DNA of 64,000 bases from the human T2T-CHM13v2.0 reference genome, Homo sapiens: NCBI GenBank assembly GCA_009914755.4, contig CP068257.2:16352001-16416000 (forward strand), read 5' to 3'. Both the position numbers and the translations under genes were made by a program. Under the pieces are notes generated by a model. The model was given only the letters and a program-made list of their open reading frames with translations. It did not search any database and was not told the origin of the DNA. Shown piece after piece: positions 48,736 to 61,410 of the stretch (positions within the stretch are counted from its first letter, which is position 1; the number at the start of each line of letters is the position of its first letter).

Positions 48736-51094
48736 ACTATGCCCATGTCAAAATATATTTTGAGCATTAAAATTAAAAATGACTTAAAGCAAAACATTCA
48801 ACAAACAATAGCTATTTTTTTTTAAATGAAAGCCATTTTATTTTGAAACAATGTTTTGTTAAACATCATTTTATTACCTACTGAAATATATATAAAATTG
48901 GGTTACAGATTTTTATAATATTTAGGATTCACGTCATGCAGATGCATTTTGTGATCGAAAAAGTCTAAGCACAATATATGATTAAATCATTAATTAGTAA
49001 AACCAAAATGATAGAAAATTTAACTGAGAACTATAAGTCTTAGAATTTTGTAGTAGACTGAATGGAATAGGCTCAATTTAAAATAACTGAGATGTCTAGT
49101 TCAGTTCTTTTTCTTTTAAAATGAGTACATAGAGGCTCATATTACAAGTTAAATGACTTGATTAATAAATTACAGGTGAGTCTTAGGAAGGGCTTGATCA
49201 ATTCTACTCTAGTGGCAAATTTTATGGCTTTTATATGTGCTAAAGGGAGCCAAATTCAAATTGATCCACTAGAGATTAGCAATAACTATATGAGAAAGCG
49301 TTTGTAGTCCAGATTTAGGATGATATGGGAAGCTGAATATATTTTTTTTAATTTTTAGGTAGAATTTGGAGAGGTGAAAAAATCTTGCTTCTTCTCATTG
49401 TTGCCTAAAACATTAAACAGCTTATCACATGAGCTGATGAACGGTGTCCTGTAGGCTTTTAGAAAGTATACTCTTCAATATCCCACTTAAAATTTGAAAA
49501 AAAATGTAAATGTTCCACTGAAAAGACTCTGGGAATATTTTCTGTTTAAAAATTTTTAATTTTAATATTTTAGAAGGGGAGACAATTTGTTTTCCAGGAG
49601 CACAGCACAGATTTAAATACACATTTGCTAGTCAGGTCTTGGATGAATGGACCCCCTTCTCCCCACCCCCTTCTGCAAACCTTCTTACAGCCTGATTGAG
49701 ATGGCCCCATTTTGGGGCCCACAAATTGTATAAAATATATCCTCATACCTCAGAGCTATGGCAATAAGAGACATGCTTGGTTTTCATTTTCCAGGTACAA
49801 TAGAATTATAGAATTATAAATCAGAAAGAAGCCTTAGGGAATATTTATTCTAAAATTCTCATTTTGTAGATAAGGAACTTAAAGCACAGAGGAGTTATAA
49901 AACTTGCTCTTGTCACCCAGCCAGTGTGAAGCAGATCTGGGAACTACAGTTCAGGTGCTCTAAACCATAGCTTAGTGACCTCTCCTTTATTCTATATATC
50001 CAGTGGTTTAGAAATAAGTTAACCATTTTGTTCAAAATGTGCTTCATTTTATGTTTCTCACATCACTTGATGTGCATAAACTTTCAGGTAAAATATTTTA
50101 AGAGAGAAATTCTCTTGCGCAGAAGGTGAAATAATAGAGATACATATCTGGGATAGTTGCTGGGACACGAATATGCAAAATTGTTGAATTTTCAATGTGT
50201 CAGCTTTGGTCATTACTTAGTCTTCACCTTTGTATGTCCAGAAAACTTGATTTTGGGGCTGTATTTAAGAATGGTCATGTTCTGGCCATTTTTTTTTTGT
50301 TAACTAATTCAAAATACCTTTATGCAAAATGACAATATTGAACTACAGTGAGAAATTTAACTTCTGAGTGAATGAATGAATTATTATTTGCTGTTCTGGA
50401 GAAAAGTCTACATTAGGAAGACAAATTATAACTGCAAGATTGCTAATGAATCATAGACACAGAGAAGGGAAATTGGTTGTATGCTCTTAATGATCCTGGT
50501 CAGCAAGATGATTGCTAAATGAGTCTATCTCTACTATAGGGGTGTATTGGCCTAGAATACCAGAAAACTCATTGCAGGGCTAGCCTCAAGGGTGTGCAAC
50601 CTGTGCAGTCGCACTGGGCCAACACACAGAAGGAACCCACTCTTGGTTTAATGCTCTGCTGTTGTTGTCCTGATGTTTTTAATAACATTATCTTTGGACT
50701 TGTGGTTTGTAAGTGAAGTCTGTTGGGACAAAGGAGCATGCCTGTGAATGAATAGAGGATATATATGCAGTATGTGAATCTGTCATTTCTTGCTGCCTTA
50801 TTTTCATTGAGCATCTCGAACACAATAAGATGTTCCATGAACACAGAATTCCAGTAGACCCAGGATGTGTGGGAGTTCAGAGAGACTCAAAGTGTGTTAC
50901 TTGTACTAAGTAAGCACAGAGCTGACAGCCCAAGTGGCCATTCTTTCCATTCTCACTAGAACGTGCTTAGGTTCCAGAAGGATGACATGATGCTATGAGA
51001 AACACTTCTATTCTTTCATACTCATGCTACTTTCCTGTATTAGTTACCCACCTAGGCTGAAAATGATGACATGGGAGGAAAAAGAGAGCAACCT

Positions 51095-51444
51095 TGTATT
51101 AGTCCATTTTCACACTGCTGATAAAGGCATACCAGAGACTGTAATTTATAAAGAAAAAGAGGTTTAATGGACCCACAGTTCCACAGGGCTGGAGAGGCCT
51201 TACAATCTTGGCGGAAGGCGAAAGGCATGTCTTCCATGGATGGTGGCAGACAAGAGAACGAGGGCCAAGCAAAAGGGGAAACCCCTTATTAAACCATCAG
51301 ATCTTGTGAGACTTATTCACTATCACAGAACAGTATGTGGAAACCATCTCCATGATTCAGTTATCTCCCCGCCACAACACATGGGGATTATGGGAGCTAC
51401 AATTCAAGATGAGATTTGGGTAGGGACACAGCCAAACCATATCA
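51095..51444 (-). mobile_element. Solo THE1-type MaLR LTR (antisense) with 5-bp TSD AACCT/GACCT
   Basis: tgtattagtccattttcacactgctgataaaggcataccagagactgtaatttataaagaaaaagaggtttaatggacccacagttccacagggctggagaggccttacaatcttggcggaaggcgaaaggcatgtcttccatggatggtggcagacaagagaacgagggcc...aaccatcagatcttgtgagacttattcactatcacagaacagtatgtggaaaccatctccatgattcagttatctccccgccacaacacatggggattatgggagctacaattcaagatgagatttgggtagggacacagccaaaccatatca = reverse complement of the THE1 LTR consensus, nearly full length. Confidence 0.9.
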
Positions 51445-52189
51445 GACCTATAGTTTCTTTTCCTTTCAGTCCTTTTGAATTCTTCAGTAAACTGAAGGTA
51501 GAAAGTATTGGTAAAATGTGCACGTAATCAAGAAGTGAAATAAAAACAGTTGATTTAGTTTTGTGCTGTGTTTCTCCTTTGCTGGTAAGAATGAAATATA
51601 TATGCATGTATGAGCTACAAAATGTGAATTGTGTGATTTCAATAATTTCACATACAAATGCTCTTGTATTTACATTTAAAACTAACATTGAACAATATAA
51701 ATAGTGAAGTTCATGCTAATAATTTAAAATATTAATTTTTCTTCAGTTAGGAAGAGATTAAATAGTGAATAAAAAACACCACATCGTTGAGACTGCAGAA
51801 AAAAGAAAAATCTTTATTTTTTTAACACTTTTACTGGCACATTTTCCTGCTGTTTTAACTAACAACATTGAATTTTCACTTTGCGCTGTAACCTACAAAT
51901 TTTGGAGTCAGTACTGACTCATTGTGGTCCATAAGAGAGCATTCTATATCATTCTCCAGACACACTGCCATTTTCTGAATTTCAAGCAGATAATCTTCTC
52001 TCTTTTGGTAGAAGGAAAAAGAAATACCTTTTTTTTCCTTTAGATCGATTACAATATAGTTGATTATATACTCTTTTATGATATCAATAATAATTCAGTC
52101 ATGCCTTCTTGAGATTGTATCCTGGTCCTCTTGATTAAATTTTGATTTGATTTGCAAGCTAGCCTAAATTTACTCCAAGTTTACTCTTC

Positions 52190-52400
52190 AGATGGCTAAT
52201 TTCATCCTACTTCACAGAGTTGTAAGGGCTTAATTTATGTATTCAATAAATATGTACTGAGCAGCTATTTCCAGCAGGGCACTGTGCGAGGTGCTGGGAC
52301 TCAGCAGTGAGTAAGATAGACAGGGTCTATGTCGTTATGCAGATGCATGTGGGTGAGGGAGACAGACAATAACAAGTACATAAAAAGGGCAAACTTCCCA
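52190..52400 (+). mobile_element. MIR/L2-type fragment
   Basis: ctacttcacagagttgtaagggcttaatttatgtattcaataaatatgtactgagcagctatttccagcagggcactgtgcgaggtgctgggactcagcagtgagtaagatagacagggtc...gggagacagacaataacaagtacataaaaag ~ ...ttgagcacctactatgtgccaggcactgtgctaggtgctggggatacagcagtgaacaagacagacacagtccctgccctcatggagcttacagtctagtgggggagacagacaataaacaagtaaacaa. Confidence 0.55.
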
Positions 52401-53003
52401 GATTTAGATGAATCGGTGATAAGAAAAAAGCAGTGTGATGGAAAAAACAGTAACAAGGAAAGGCCATTTTAAATAGTGTAATCAAGGAAGGACTAAGAAC
52501 AATGTATAATATCTGATCTGGGACCTGAATAATGAGTCAAAGTTCTAGAAAGAGAACGTTTCAAACAGAGGGAGCTAGAATTATCAAAGCCTAAAGATAA
52601 AATACCCTGAGTGTGGTGAGTTGAATGATGGCCTCCAAAAAGATATAAACATGCCCCAGACCTTGTGAATGTGAGCTTATTTGGAAAAAATTACATTTGC
52701 AGATGTAATTAAGGATCTCAAAATGAGATAATCCTTGATTAACCAGGTGAGCCCTAAATCCGGTGAAAACTGTCTTTACAACAGATAGAAGAGAACAAGA
52801 CAGACACAAAGGAGGAGGCCATATGAAGGCAGAGGTACAGATTGGAGTTCAGTTGCCATAAGCCAAGGAATACCTGGAACTCCCAGAAGCTAGGAAGAGG
52901 CAAGGAAGAATTTTGCCTTAGAGTCTTTGGAGAAAGCATGGCCCTGTGACACCTTATTTCAAGTTTATGTCCTCTAAAACTGTGAGAGAATACATTTTTG
53001 ATG

Positions 53004-53412
53004 TTTTAATTCACCTGCTATGGTTTTAATATTTGTGTACACTCCAAAGTTCATGTTGAAACTGAATCCCCAATGCATCAGTATTAAGAGGTGTGACCTT
53101 TGGGAGGTAATTAGGTCAAGAGCACTTATGAATGAACTAGTAATCTTACAATTGACTAGAAGGAACTAGCTAGGCCCCCATTTTTTGCCTTTCCCTCCCT
53201 TCTGCCATGTGAGGACACAGCATTTGTCTCCTCCAGCGGATGCAGTAACAAGGTGCCATCTGAGAAGCAGAGAGAAGGCCATCACCAGACACTGAACCTG
53301 CCAGTGCTTTCATCTTGAACTTCCCAATCTCCAGAACTATGAAAAATAAATTTCTGTTCTTTATAAATTATTCCATCTTAGGTATCTTGTTATAGAAGCA
53401 CAAATGAACTAA
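53004..53412 (+). mobile_element. MLT1-like MaLR LTR, family X
   Basis: ctgctatggttttaatatttgtgtacactccaaagttcatgttgaaactgaatccccaatgcatcagtattaagaggtgtgacctttgggaggtaattaggtcaagagcacttatgaatgaactagtaatcttac...ctgccatgtgaggacacagcatttgtctcctcc...cttgaacttcccaatctccagaactatgaaaaataaatttctgttctttataaattattccatcttaggtatcttgttatagaagcacaaatgaactaagcc. Confidence 0.6.
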
Positions 53413-55930
53413 GCCACCACCCAACTGGTGGTAATTTGTTGTGGCATCCTCAGAACACTAATACACCTGATATTTTTTAAAGAAATAAAAGGGGGTCAGT
53501 GTGAGTAAGATAAAGTGAGAAGGTGGAGGAGACCGAGAGGATATCAGAAAAGCAGGCCAACGCCAGATTCCAAAAGGCCACGTAGACATGGGAAAGAGCT
53601 GGGATTTTTATTATGAGTCATGGGAAGCGGTTAATGGATATTAAGCTAGAGAATTCTTTGGTGTACATTTAAGCTGCAGTGCAAAGAGTGGGCTGTCAGA
53701 AAGTCAGAGTGCAGCAATACTGTAGCAAAAAGTAGGAAAAATACTATGGTAGTTGACCAACTGAGAGATGATGGTGGCACACACCCGCCTTGTTGTCTCA
53801 GAAATACATTACGGGGACCAGATTGAGATATATTTTGAGATTAGAATGACAGGACCTGGCGAGATTGGATGTAAGGAATCAAAGATAACTTCTGACATTT
53901 GTAGAGCAAACAAGTAGGTAATGGTAATGTCATTTATTCAAATGGCAATGACTAGTAGAGGAACAGGTACCCACTGTTGATAGTGGAAATCAGAAGATTC
54001 TGTAGAACATAATTAAGGTTTAGAAATCCAAATGGAAATTTTAGATAGCATTACTTGAGATAATGTATGCTAAAAGCCTAATTAGTTACACATATGTAAT
54101 TGCTCAAAAAATGAATATATCCTTTAACATTTTATGATGACTTGGTTTTCTTACTTTAGTTGTCACAAAATAGCTATTTTACTGTTTGGGGATATCACTC
54201 CATCAATTTATCACTGCGGTCGTTAGTTCTTGCCTTCATTTATTGTTAGACCAGACTAATGGCCTTTGTGGGCAAAGTTCCATAAGCCAAGCTAATTTTC
54301 ACGTCTCCATATTTGCTATTTCTACACCAATCCACAGGTCATAGAGTGTAATGTCAGTTTAGGGCTAAAATTGCATCACAAATTAGCAAGTGATTCCTCC
54401 AAAGTAAGCAGTTCCCTGACACTGGTGATTTGCAAATATTAAATCCACCAAGTAGAAGAAATGCAAGAATCAACTTTTTGTCCAAACTCTACTTTAATCT
54501 TGGCTCAAAAAGCCTGAAAATCTGGACTTATGGATGCTCTTTCTAACCCTTCTCCATTTAATTATTATGACTCTGGCAGAAAGAGAAAGTATATATTTTT
54601 TCCCTAACAAAGGTAATTGAATATTGCCTAATTAGATTAACTGCACTGCTTTGAAGCCACAGTGATAGATGATATATAGGAGGCCTGGCATTGATAATTG
54701 TGAGAGAGAAATTATTTAATGTGAAATGAAGACTACAGAGTGCAGAGGCCACAGCTTTGACCTGGGTGTCCCCTTCCCCTCTCAAACTTTGGATATATAT
54801 TTTTATATTAAAAATGGAATCTTTTCAACTATTAAAATACATTCAATTCCTTTTTATGGCTTGTAACTGTATATGCTAATTTAATAAGTTTAGATTGCCT
54901 GAATTATTTCTGGCTGAGCAGAGCACAGCAGTTTAGCCGTTTTCTGATTAGAGAAGGGAGGAACACACCATTGGCGCTCCCCACATTCACCGTTGCAATA
55001 AATATAAAAACAACAGTACTGGGAAACCCCAGAGTGCCACATACAGTGGTCCTTCTGATCTCATTTTCATTGGATTCAGCCTCAATGTAGTAAGAGTATA
55101 GATAGCTGTCTGCCTTTCAGGGTAAACAGATATGCATGTTATAGAGAATGACTTGGGAAAAAGCTACCATCTTAGATGTCATACCACCTGCTCTGACCTA
55201 AAGCACTTTGGCAGATATTGACTATGAGAAAAACTTGTGACGCTTCACAGTGTGGGTGGTGAGGACAAGAGGCCATTTTTTAATGTTCCATAACCAAAAC
55301 TTTAACTAACCATCTTGGGAAAATGGCCACCAACTTTTTCTTTGTATTGCTTGTGCTGTATCTCTTCAGTCTACAGAACGTTATACATTTTCCACTTACC
55401 CATTCAGGACTTGTCGAGCACCTACTATGTCCTGTGCTTGTGAGAAGTATGTTGCTTTATTTGATGATATGGAAACTGTTAATGAAGGAAGGAGTTAACA
55501 TTGGTAACTGACAAATAGTGAAAGAGGCCAAACTAAAAATCTCTTTCTTCCTGAGAAAAAGAGGAGGAATTGATTTGCTTTTCTCAAAAATGATGGCGTT
55601 CTCATTTGTTTCCCTAAAACTTAAAGTAGAAGAAGTTATGAAGGAATTTCAATGTTTCTTGGTGTCTCTTCAACTCTGAGACTTTTGTGAAAATAATATG
55701 GAGTCCCAGAAGTTTTAAAATATTTATTTCTTTGTGAAATGAGATAATTCCTGACTAAGCAATTTGGGTGGAATTAAAAAACAATGAGACATGGTTGGAG
55801 GAACTAGGTGTGGGTATATAAGACTTTTTATATTTGCATCTTGTTCGGTGCATAGTTTTTACATCCATGAATTTAGAAAATCATTGCATTTAATACTGGG
55901 AAATAATAAAGCTGAAAATATGTAGCAGCA

Positions 55931-55950
55931 AAAGAAAGAAAGAAAGAAAA
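55931..55950. repeat. (GAAA)n microsatellite
   Basis: aaagaaagaaagaaagaaaa. Confidence 0.85.
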
Positions 55951-56875
55951 ATTCTGAAACCCATTAAACCCTATCAGCAAAAAAACTTGGCAAGATTTTG
56001 AAAATTTGTTTATGATCTTTGAACTTCAAAATGAATGGCATGCGAGGTAACTGAATAATGCTTTCAATTGAGGAATAATTATAAGCACTGGAACTGCCCA
56101 AACATATTGATAATACTATATGCTGAAAATTTTTTTTGGATCTATTTTGCATTTACAGTTGTTAGTACAACAAAACCATATGCAAGCCTCTGTCTGACAT
56201 CCATCCTTCTGGGGGGCAGAAATGCAACCTACTCTCCAGCCACTTTAGACCTATCGAATATTATTGGTTATAGATTTGTTTTAATGTTCAGAACTTCACA
56301 TTTTTTTAAAAAAAATAGAATTTTGGTTTACAATGATTTTCAGATGACACTAAAGAACACTTTAGTATTGATTAATCATTTTAAATTTGTAAATTGAGAT
56401 GAACACAATTACAAAACAATACAAAATTAGTATTTTCTGTTTGGGAAATTATTTTTATCTCCTACATTGTTCTTGTACAGTGTATTCAATATAAACAGAC
56501 ACAGTGTTTAAGCTTCAGCTTCAATAATGGCTGATGGTGATACATTTGAGTAATTCTATTACCAGTTGAATGAGGGAAGCTGCTGTGAATGCGTTACTGA
56601 AGTAGGATATTAGCCAAAATTGTGACTTATGGTGATCAAAATAGATAGATGTTTGACAAATAATTGATAAACTTTTTAGAAGTTTGCCAAACTCATGGGA
56701 AAATTTTAGAATGTATCTGTCTTTACCAGATTAACTATATAATGAACAGATCTGGAATTTGCTCTACACTGTTTCATAATTATGAATTCAAGATCAAACA
56801 TGACTCAGATGTATAACAATACTACTTAGGAAAGTAGTGGGATCTGTTTTTCTATTACATTTTAATTTCAATTAT

Positions 56876-57266
56876 ATTAGTTTGCTAGGGTTACCATAAC
56901 AAAATACCAGAGACTGTGTAGTTTAAACAACAGAAATTTATCTTCTCACAGTTCTGGAGGCTGGTAAGTCTGAGGTCAAGTGAGATTTGGTTTCTGCTGA
57001 GGCCTCTCTCCTTGGCTGGCAGATGGCTGCCTCCTTACTGTGTCCTCACATGGCCTTTGCTCTGTGTGCTCTCATCCCTGGTGTCTAAATTTCCTCCTCT
57101 TATAAGAACATCAGTCGGATTGGATTAGGACCAACACTAACAGCCTCATTTTAACATAATCATCTCATTAAAGACCTTTTCTTCAAATACGGCTGCATTA
57201 TGGGGTCCTGGGGGTTAGGACTTCAACACATGAATTTTTTGGGAAACGTAATTCAGCACATAACAC
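56876..57266 (-). mobile_element. MLT1-like MaLR LTR, antisense, family Y (partner copy 33008-33412)
   Basis: ttagtttgctagggttaccataacaaaataccagagactgtgtagtttaaacaacagaaatttatcttctcacagttctggaggctggtaagtctgaggtcaagtgagatttggtttctgctgaggcctctctccttggctggcagatggctgcctccttactgtgtcctcacatggcctttgctctgtgtgctctcatccctggtgtctaaatttcctcctcttataagaacatcagtcggattggattaggaccaacactaacagcctcattttaacataatcatctcattaaagaccttttcttcaaatacggctgcattatggggtcctgggggttaggacttcaacacatgaattttttgggaaacgtaattcagcacataaca. Confidence 0.6.
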
Positions 57267-57294
57267 CAATGTAATTTGTCCATCTGCCCGTGTT

Positions 57295-57405
57295 TGTTGA
57301 GCTTCTCTTAGTCATCAGCACTGAGCTAAGCACAGGTGATACCATGGAGGCAGGGTTTCTGCTTTCCTGGAGCTAACAGCCTAATGGAGTAGAAAGTCAG
57401 TTAAG
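57295..57405 (+). mobile_element. MIR/L2-tail-like fragment
   Basis: tgttgagcttctcttagtcatcagcactgagctaagcacaggtgataccatggaggcagggtttctgctttcctggagctaacagcctaatggagtagaaagtcag ~ tgagcacctactatgtgccaggcactgtgctaagcgctggggatacaaag...cctgccctcaaggagcttacagtctagtggg. Confidence 0.4.
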
Positions 57406-58306
57406 AGTTATGCAGACAAAAAATGAGGTAATTGCAGATGGTGATAATTGCTGTGAAGGCAGTGAAAAGAGTATGTGGTGGAGATCAAAGGAGTGAGGGT
57501 GGGAGAAAAAGGGTGTGAAACCTGCTTCGTGTGATCCTTAGGAAACACTCCACAGAGGGACATTTTCCTCAAGGTGTGACAGGTGGCTGTGTTTAAAAAA
57601 CTGGAAGAAAGGGAGGCTGAGGCACAACAGATAAGAAGTCAAATGAGATCCTTGAAGGGGCATCAGGTGTTTGGATTTATATGGCCTTTTAGGCTTAGGG
57701 AAGAGTTGGGTATTATTTGAATTGCATTATAAAGTCCTTGAACACGTTTAAGCAAGAAAGGCATTTCTGTTTGACAACTCTTACTCTTACTGCTGTGCTG
57801 TAGCTTGGAAGGGACAGAGTAGATACAGGGATCCCATTTAAAGGGCTGTGGCTGTAGTGCAGGGCAGTAGCAACAGCAGATTGGACGAAGGTGGTAGCAG
57901 TACAGATGAGTGACATAGATAAATGTAAGATACATTTGAAGGGTAGGAATGACAAGACTTGAAGTTAGATGTGCAGAGCAAGGAGAGAATAGAACCAATG
58001 ATGACTCCCAGGTTTGAACACCTGAGATGTTAGTGCTAGTGTGAAGGAGAAAACTGGGAGGGGACACACTTACGTAAGGATCATGATTAAGAAGGGGTGT
58101 TGAGATCCAAGAGTGTAGGTTGGGTCATGTTGACTTTGTGGTGCCTATTAGGTTATCCTAGAAGAATTGTAGACTTGTTGGTGTAGGAACATGTTATGAA
58201 GGTAAGAAAAGAAAAACTGAAGTTGGAGTAAAAATATATTCATTTACTAATGATTACTAGTGGTCCCCAGTTAAAACAGTATCTGTGAGCTTAAGTAACT
58301 TGCTTT

Positions 58307-58737
58307 TTTTTTTTTTATTATTATACTTTAAGTTCTGGGGTACATGTGCAGAACGTGTAGGTTTGTTACATAGGTATACACGTGCCATGGTGGTTTGCTG
58401 CACTCATCAACCCGTCATTTACATTAGATATTTCTCCTAATGCTATCCCTTCCCTAGTCCCCCAGCCCCTGACAGGACCTGGTGTGTGATGTTCCCCTCC
58501 CTGTGTCCATGTGTTCTCATTGTTCAACTCCCACTTATGAGTGAGAACATGGCGGTGTTGGGTTTTCTGTTCCTGTGTTAGTTTGCTGAGCATGATGGTT
58601 TCCAGCTTCATCCATGTCCCTGCAAAGGACATGAACTCATCCTTTTTTATGGATGCATATTATTCCATGGTGTATATGTGCCACATTTTCTTTATCCAGT
58701 CTGTCATTGATGGGCATTTGGGTTGGTTCCAAGTCTT
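58307..58737 (-). mobile_element. 5'-truncated L1PA-type (intermediate-age primate) L1 3' end, antisense, ~430 bp with antisense poly-A; source of ORF 58366-58632
   Basis: ttttttttttttttattattatactttaagttctggggtacatgtgcagaacgtgtaggtttgttacataggtatacacgtgccatggtggtttgctgcactcatcaacccgtcatttacattagatatttctcctaatgctatcccttccctagtcccc...gtgttctcattgttcaactcccacttatgagtgagaacatggcggtgttgggttttctgttcctgtgttagtttgctgagcatgatggtttccagcttcatccatgtccctgcaaaggacatgaactcatccttttttatggatgcatattattccatggtgtatatgtgccacattttctttatccagtctgtcattgatgggcatttgggttggttccaagtc is near-identical to the antisense L1PA 3' consensus; the ORF peptide ...FAGTWMKLETIMLSKLTQEQKTQHRHVLTHKWELNNENTWTQGGEHHTPGPV... is the ORF2p C-terminus. 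Confidence 0.9.
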
Positions 58738-61229
58738 GCTTTTAAATTAAGGTTTGACTAAAGGTTAGGTACAGCTTTGTCTTTTTTTTTTTTTTATTTT
58801 TTCCGTAGATGTTGGACATTTATATGTGACACATTCTGGGCTTATAGGGTTTCATATTTGTGTTCCTATCTCATTTGCTGATGCTACTAGTAAAGGCAGG
58901 TTAAGGGGGCAATGTGAAGTTATTTGAAACTGAAGACTGTCATGCTAGATTTTTAGAGTGTAATAAAAGAGCAGTTTAGAACTTAAATGAAAGTGCCAAA
59001 CAAAATGCTTTTAGTGTGGCTTTGCAAATTGTAAATTTGGCAGGAATTTTAAGAAATGTTTGGTTCCTCTGGCTTTAGTAATTTAGTGAGTTTAGTGATT
59101 TAGTAAAGACTTCCCGTTAACTACTTCTTAAATATTTAATGATCTAGGCAGAATGGTAGGATGATAAAAAGTTTGCTGTTGATGAAGAAAATAAATCATT
59201 TGGCCCCAAACTATTGGAACCTGAAAAAGAATCTTGTTTTTATATAAGTTTTTCTTATTTTTAATGAAAGTAATTGTTAATGGAAAAGAGAGGTCAGGAA
59301 AATAAATTGTGCACATGAAAAGGCAAAACATATGACAGAGCATCTTATGTAAATTTGATAAAGAATTGAGTATGATTTTAAAGGTAGGAAAAAAATCAGA
59401 TTAGCTGTTTTGTCATTATCCGCCTCTTTAGAAGTTTGTTTTGCGGGAAGGATTCTATTTTCAGTGTTTAAATTGCTCCCAAGAATAAAGGAAGATTTAC
59501 CAGGAGAAGTTTATTACTAAATAGATCCGGAGAAATCTTGGTATTTACGTATACTAAAGGCTAATCTTCATTTACTCACATTAGGACAGTGATAAACAGC
59601 AGGGCATACATCTGAATTTTTTTTAAGTAGTGATTAATTTTATAGGGTGCTATGAACAAATCTTAGGCATTAATTTTTTCCAATGTCTTTATTTTACTGA
59701 TGAGGAAGCTATGACCTATACAGGTGAAATGTGACTGGCCACAGCTTGTTATTGGAAAGCCTGGTTCTAACCCAGAGATTCTGACTTCTAGGCTAGTACC
59801 TTTCAACTCCATAAAGCTTCATTTTATAGCCTGGCATCTTCTTTTGTTAAATAACAAAACATTTTGATAGTTCCTTTGTTAAAAGTATAAGTCTGTACTT
59901 TGTTAGAAGAAAAGTATTAATTGGGTAGGAAATCAGTTACTTTTTGTTGGGTATTTTTACCATAGCTAGAAAAAGGTTTCCTAGCAAGGATATACTAGGT
60001 TTAAAGCAGACTGGGTTTCCATGTGCCTCTACTCAAACATATTGGCATCTTTTGAGTAGTACTGACACGTCTTTCCTGTTTAGCAAAGGCTTAGTTGTCC
60101 CTTATATCACACAGTTTTGCTACCACTCTCCAGAATGAGGGAAACATCTCTGACCAATATTTGGAAAGACACTTCCTGAAATATGTGAATTGAGTTTGTC
60201 ACTTTTGATTTTGTTAACATGAGTTTCAGGCTAACTATTCTGGCTGACATGTTTAAGCGAAGGGGTAAATGTTTTAGATCCCCACAAATATATTTATTTT
60301 TCTCTAACCTGTGTCTAGATAGGTTTTCAAACATTGAGGAAATAGAAACATACTGTGGAGTATATTTAATTTCTCATTAGGTACACTGTGTGCATTTCAA
60401 TAAGTTTAATATTTATTTTCATGTTTGATAGAGCAGTTTTCAAGCCCAAGCTCTTTATGGATTGTCTATGTGACATAGAAACTATACAGTATTATCAGCT
60501 GTGAATGCAGGAAGAGACCAATTCTGAAGGAGTTAAAGCAATTATGCCCAAAAATTTAAGAAAGAGAATAAAGACTATTATGGACAGCTAAAAATGTAAG
60601 AGGAAAGATGTAATACTGTAAAGCAAAATTTGGCAAATAAATATTTTTTCTCTTGCCAAAGAACCATAGGATCTTTACATCATTGTAATTGGCATTGCTA
60701 GCTTAAAGCACTATTTATTGAAATGCTGATGTAGCATTCTGCATTGACCTCAGAAGACATTTTGTTGCCTGCAGAATTGCCAATACCAGAGGTAGCCAAA
60801 ACAGTTTTTGGTTTCCATTAAAATATGGAATTGGTCTAGCATGATTAATTTGTCATGGCTGAAAAGACTAAAATTTTACAGCGACTTCATTGCAAATGAC
60901 ATTAATATTTTAGAAATGGAACCTCCATTTGATCATTGATTCTATCAAACTTTCAAGTAGTCTTACAAAGGTAGATCAACAGGAGCATATTTTGGGAGAA
61001 AAACGGAAAATCTAGTTGTCTATATTTATTTCTTAATATTTATTTTGAAAAGTTTTTTCTGCTTCATTTGAAATCAGAGTTAGTGAGAAGTACAAAGAGT
61101 TGGTAATAAATTGTACAGGAGGCAATAGATTGCTTTTCAGTTATTGCAGTTCTGAGGACTGAAAAGAAGGCAGCCTCATGTAAGACTGTACCAGGATAAC
61201 TGTACTAACCACTACACATTTTCAGCACT

Positions 61230-61410
61230 GATTATATCTATATTTATCTCTATTTATATAACATATATAGTATGTGTGATATGACATATGATATATGACA
61301 TAAATGTGTATAATTTATATATATCACATATAAAATCACATATATCACACCTTATATGACATATATGACATGTATATATATCACATGTGAGAGTAAGATA
61401 TATATCTGTG
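61230..61410. repeat. Low-complexity (TATATG/ATGACATAT/CACATATATCA)-type degenerate tandem repeat; a second block is at 61520-61580 (catatatc-like)
   Basis: ctatatttatctctatttatataacatatatagtatgtgtgatatgacatatgatatatgacataaatgtgtataatttatatatatcacatataaaatcacatatatcacaccttatatgacatatatgacatgtatatatatcacatgtgagagtaagatatatatc; ...catatatctttatccatatatccatgtatatatccatatatccatatacatatacagagagagag. Confidence 0.75.

Noticed and set aside
57663-58067. 134-aa minus-strand ORF as a gene
   Set aside because: No similarity to any protein family I recognise, serine/cysteine/leucine-rich low complexity, no splice or promoter context; random-ORF length for eukaryotic non-coding DNA.
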